From Candidatus Heimdallarchaeum endolithica (GTDB lineage Archaea; Asgardarchaeota; Heimdallarchaeia; Heimdallarchaeales; Heimdallarchaeaceae): a stretch of DNA of 64,000 bases. This document shows positions 61,008 to 64,000 of this stretch, one piece after another (positions within the stretch are counted from its first letter, which is position 1; every line of letters begins with the position of its first letter). Under the pieces are notes generated by a model, which saw only the letters and a list, made by a program, of their open reading frames with translations, ran no database searches and had not been told where the DNA came from. A program made the position numbers and the translations under genes. The stretch is from the NCBI GenBank assembly GCA_021513715.1, contig CP084167.1:800001-864000 (forward strand), read 5' to 3'.

Positions 61008-62192
61008 ATGACTAAGATAGAGAAATTTTATGGTACTGCTTGGTGCAAAGATTGTAAACAAGCAAAAGCATTTTTAGCTAAACATAGAATAGAATATGAC
61101 TACATAGATATAGATTATGATGAAGAATCTTCTGAAATAGTGAAAAAACTAAATAAAGGTAAACGTAAAGTCCCCACTATAACTTTTGATGATGGCTCAT
61201 TTTTAGTTGAACCTTCAGATGCAGAACTAGCAGAGAAGCTTGGTTTAATTCCAAAAATAGAGAAAGAAGGATATGATTTAATAATAATTGGTGGTGGCCC
61301 TGCAGCTCTTACTTGTGCGATATATACCTCACGTGAAGGAATGTCAACACTTGTTCTTGAAAAGGGTTCTTTTGGAGGGCAAATGGGTTTCACAAATAAA
61401 ATCGACAACTATCCCGGTTTTCCTGAAGGGATAACTGGTAAAGAACTGGCTGAGAAATTTTTTCTCCATGCTAAAAGATTTGGTGCAGAACTTGTTAATG
61501 CTATTGAAGTTCAAAATGTTACCAAACTTGAAGATGGTTTTTTTGAAACAACTACTTCAACAGGTTTTAAGATTAAATCAAAAGCTGTTGTAATCGCAAC
61601 AGGAACAACTTATCGGTCTTTAGGTGTTCCAGGAGAAGAGATACTTTTAGGTTATAAAATCCATTTTTGTGCTACTTGTGATGGCCCTTTCTATAAAGGA
61701 AAACATATTCTGGTAATTGGCGGAGGTAACAGTGCTTTTGAAGAATCTATGTTTTTAGCAAAATTTGCAGAGAAGGTTACGATTATTGAGATTATGGATC
61801 ATTTTAATGCTTCAAAAATAATTCAAGATAAAGCTTTGTCAAATCCTAAAATAGAAGCTTTTACTAGTTATGAAACCAAAGAATTTGTTGTAGGAGAGAG
61901 GAAAACACTCGAGTCTGTTGTCTGTTTTGATAGAGCGAACAATAAAGAAGTGATTCTTAAACCTGATGCAGTTTTTGAATATGTTGGACTAAAACCAAAC
62001 ATTGAACCAGTAAAAGATATTGTAGAGTTAGATAAAAATGGCTTCATTAAAACAGATGAGCACTTTATGACTTCAGTTAAAGGTCTATTCGCTACAGGAG
62101 ATTGTAGAGGAGGATCAATCCAACAAGTAACTGCTGCTACAGGAGAGGGTACTGCAGTAGCACTTCATATAAGAGAATTTCTAAATTTATAG
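61008..62192 (+). CDS. Glutaredoxin/NrdH-like domain fused to thioredoxin reductase
   Basis: N-terminal WCKDC..VPTI; GGGPAA, NYPGF, CATCDG, GGGNSA, ATGD. Confidence 0.9.
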   Translation: MTKIEKFYGTAWCKDCKQAKAFLAKHRIEYDYIDIDYDEESSEIVKKLNKGKRKVPTITFDDGSFLVEPSDAELAEKLGLIPKIEKEGYDLIIIGGGPAALTCAIYTSREGMSTLVLEKGSFGGQMGFTNKIDNYPGFPEGITGKELAEKFFLHAKRFGAELVNAIEVQNVTKLEDGFFETTTSTGFKIKSKAVVIATGTTYRSLGVPGEEILLGYKIHFCATCDGPFYKGKHILVIGGGNSAFEESMFLAKFAEKVTIIEIMDHFNASKIIQDKALSNPKIEAFTSYETKEFVVGERKTLESVVCFDRANNKEVILKPDAVFEYVGLKPNIEPVKDIVELDKNGFIKTDEHFMTSVKGLFATGDCRGGSIQQVTAATGEGTAVALHIREFLNL

Positions 62193-62253
62193 AAGAAAAA
62201 AGTGTAATTAAGTCTTAAAAAACTTTTAATATTTTTTTATTATCTTTATTACT

Positions 62254-63105
62254 ATGGCTAAAGGCAAAGACATTGAACAAATTTTAGAATCAGTGGTTAA
62301 AATTGCAGACACCCTATCAGAACTGAAATCAAGTATTGAAGTCCAATTGGATGTACAGAAGAAGGATAACACAAAAAAAATAACAGATCTTAAAGAAGAT
62401 TTAAAGCAATATATCAACGATACTGAAAAGAATTTTAACAATAAAATAATGGATATTTCAGAATTAATTATTTCCAGATCAAATTTACAAGATAAAAAAA
62501 TTGAGGAATTAAAAAATGAAATTTCTAATTCTAGTTCTCATTTAGAAGAAATGAATAAAATGATAGAAAAAAAAGAAGAGGAAATAAAAAGATTAAACAC
62601 TCTTTTAGATGAAAAAGAAGCTCTAATTTCTCAATTAAAAGAAAAACAAGTAATGATTGAAAAAGATCTTGAAGCAAAGATGAGAGAATTTAACAACTTA
62701 AAATTAGAAACTGAGCAACTTAACGTTGAAAATACTGACTTATCTTCTAAAGTAATAGATTTAGAAAGACAACTAAAAGATAAAAAAGAGGAACTAGAAA
62801 AGATTAAACAAGAAAAAGAACAATTAAAAGAAGAGAAAGAAAAAAGTATTGCACAGGAGAAAGAGTTCCAAGAAACAAAAAGAGAGGAGCAATCTTCACT
62901 TTTAAGGATATTATTAAATTCTACAGACCATGGAAGAGTGTTTCTAGCTTTACAAGACTCTAAATCAAATAGTCTTACTCTAGACGAGTTAACAGCAATT
63001 TTGAATTCATCTGCAGTCGAAGTAAAAAGAGCAGTAAGTTTCATGCATGAGATTGGTGTCGTAATATACAAACCAGAATCAAGAAGAGTAATACTAGCTT
63101 CTTAA
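62254..63105 (+). CDS. Long coiled-coil protein with C-terminal winged-helix-like domain
   Basis: About 210 aa of heptads, then VFLAL..LTLDELT...EVKRAVSFMHEIGVV. Confidence 0.65.
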   Translation: MAKGKDIEQILESVVKIADTLSELKSSIEVQLDVQKKDNTKKITDLKEDLKQYINDTEKNFNNKIMDISELIISRSNLQDKKIEELKNEISNSSSHLEEMNKMIEKKEEEIKRLNTLLDEKEALISQLKEKQVMIEKDLEAKMREFNNLKLETEQLNVENTDLSSKVIDLERQLKDKKEELEKIKQEKEQLKEEKEKSIAQEKEFQETKREEQSSLLRILLNSTDHGRVFLALQDSKSNSLTLDELTAILNSSAVEVKRAVSFMHEIGVVIYKPESRRVILAS

Positions 63106-63161
63106 ATCAAAAAAACTGAAAAATTGAATAATAAAAAAATAAAATTTGAGTAAGAAAATAG

Positions 63162-64000
63162 CTAATTCAGCTCTAACCATTTTCTGTATTTTTTGTGAGT
63201 CCAATCTCTTTTCTCTTCTAAAGGAGGTAGTTTTCCTTTTAATAATTCCTCTTGATTTAACCAATTCATAGATTTATGTTCAGTATTATAAATCACTTTT
63301 AATGCCTGAGGAATAATCTCTGTTATCATATGCGTACCCACAGAAGATTGGGGATATTTTGGTGGAATATAGACTTCTCCATCAAATTGAAAGGCAATGG
63401 GTTTCTCTGTTTTTATTTCCACTTTTTTAGCATACGTAAATAATGTTCCTTTCATTGTTTTATGCTTTCCATCTTTTATCCTTCCTATTCCAATTAATGT
63501 TTGAAGTTTGTTAACTGATTTAGTTATAAAAACATTAAATCTATCATGTTGAGGATGAGCGTCTACACAACAGAACATCCCACCTCCATTACACTTCCCT
63601 GTTCCAATAGTTACCATCATTAGCTTAATAGGCAAAAATTCTTTTTCATCTAGTCTAATATTGGCTTTAATCTGCTTTACCATTAATAACTTCTTTAGAG
63701 CTAAATAGGTATATTTTCTTGGACCTTTAACAAAAGATCCTTCTCCTAAATTTGCAGCATGTCCAACAATACTAGAGATTCCCACATCTAGAACATTAAT
63801 AAAATACTTTTCCAATCCTGTATCTACTACTTTCATCTTTCCAATAGAAACAGGACTAGTTGCTGATTTCTCCATCAAATGCACAATTGCATTTTTTGGG
63901 TTCCATGGAAATCCAAGAACAGTGTTGTAATCATTACCAGTTCCAAAAGGCAATACTCCTAATGAAACTGTTTTCCTTTTTTCTTCAGGAACCTTCATTA
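63162..64000 (-). CDS. Diacylglycerol kinase family (YegS-like) lipid kinase, 5' end beyond the window
   Basis: LPFGTGND, GGGM, QFDGE. Confidence 0.85.
   Translation of the reverse strand, partial: MKVPEEKRKTVSLGVLPFGTGNDYNTVLGFPWNPKNAIVHLMEKSATSPVSIGKMKVVDTGLEKYFINVLDVGISSIVGHAANLGEGSFVKGPRKYTYLALKKLLMVKQIKANIRLDEKEFLPIKLMMVTIGTGKCNGGGMFCCVDAHPQHDRFNVFITKSVNKLQTLIGIGRIKDGKHKTMKGTLFTYAKKVEIKTEKPIAFQFDGEVYIPPKYPQSSVGTHMITEIIPQALKVIYNTEHKSMNWLNQEELLKGKLPPLEEKRDWTHKKYRKWLELN

Noticed and set aside
62631-63071. 146-aa minus-strand ORF and other short antisense ORFs in the track
   Set aside because: Fully overlap well-supported genes; F/S/I-rich shadow composition
1-64000. CRISPR arrays, rRNA, tRNA
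   Set aside because: No regularly spaced repeats and no GC-rich structural RNA islands found by eye; tRNAscan/Infernal not run

Overview
AT-rich, gene-dense archaeal DNA with TATA/BRE promoters, GGTGA/AGGAG ribosome-binding sites and poly-T terminators. The gene content suggests an Asgard archaeon, probably Heimdallarchaeia (inference, not searched). It holds about 56 CDS: transporters (ABC, SLC41, FeoAB, MFS, two ArsB/NhaD-SLC13), bacterial-type two-component proteins, RNase III, an AOR-ferredoxin pair, a DUF5320/DUF134/NifX/Fe-S ATPase cluster, tandem DUF3160 and tandem family-5 solute-binding genes, serA plus a class-V aminotransferase, Sir2, XPB-Bax1 and a Grx-TrxR fusion. There is one intact 1004-bp IS (17-bp TIRs, TATATT target duplication). 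No rRNA, tRNA or CRISPR was seen. Best leads: (1) a response regulator whose output domain resembles a eukaryote-type NPRL2/uDENN longin, next to a PAS kinase; (2) an IS whose transposase gene flips from purine-rich to pyrimidine-rich midway, including at synonymous codons; (3) a 14-bp palindromic operator at identical spacing from two TATA boxes in the DUF134 cluster; (4) circularly permuted OppA-like proteins; (5) a membrane wHTH regulator with two DUF3160 genes sharing a conserved upstream element. All family calls come from motif recognition, with no database searches.
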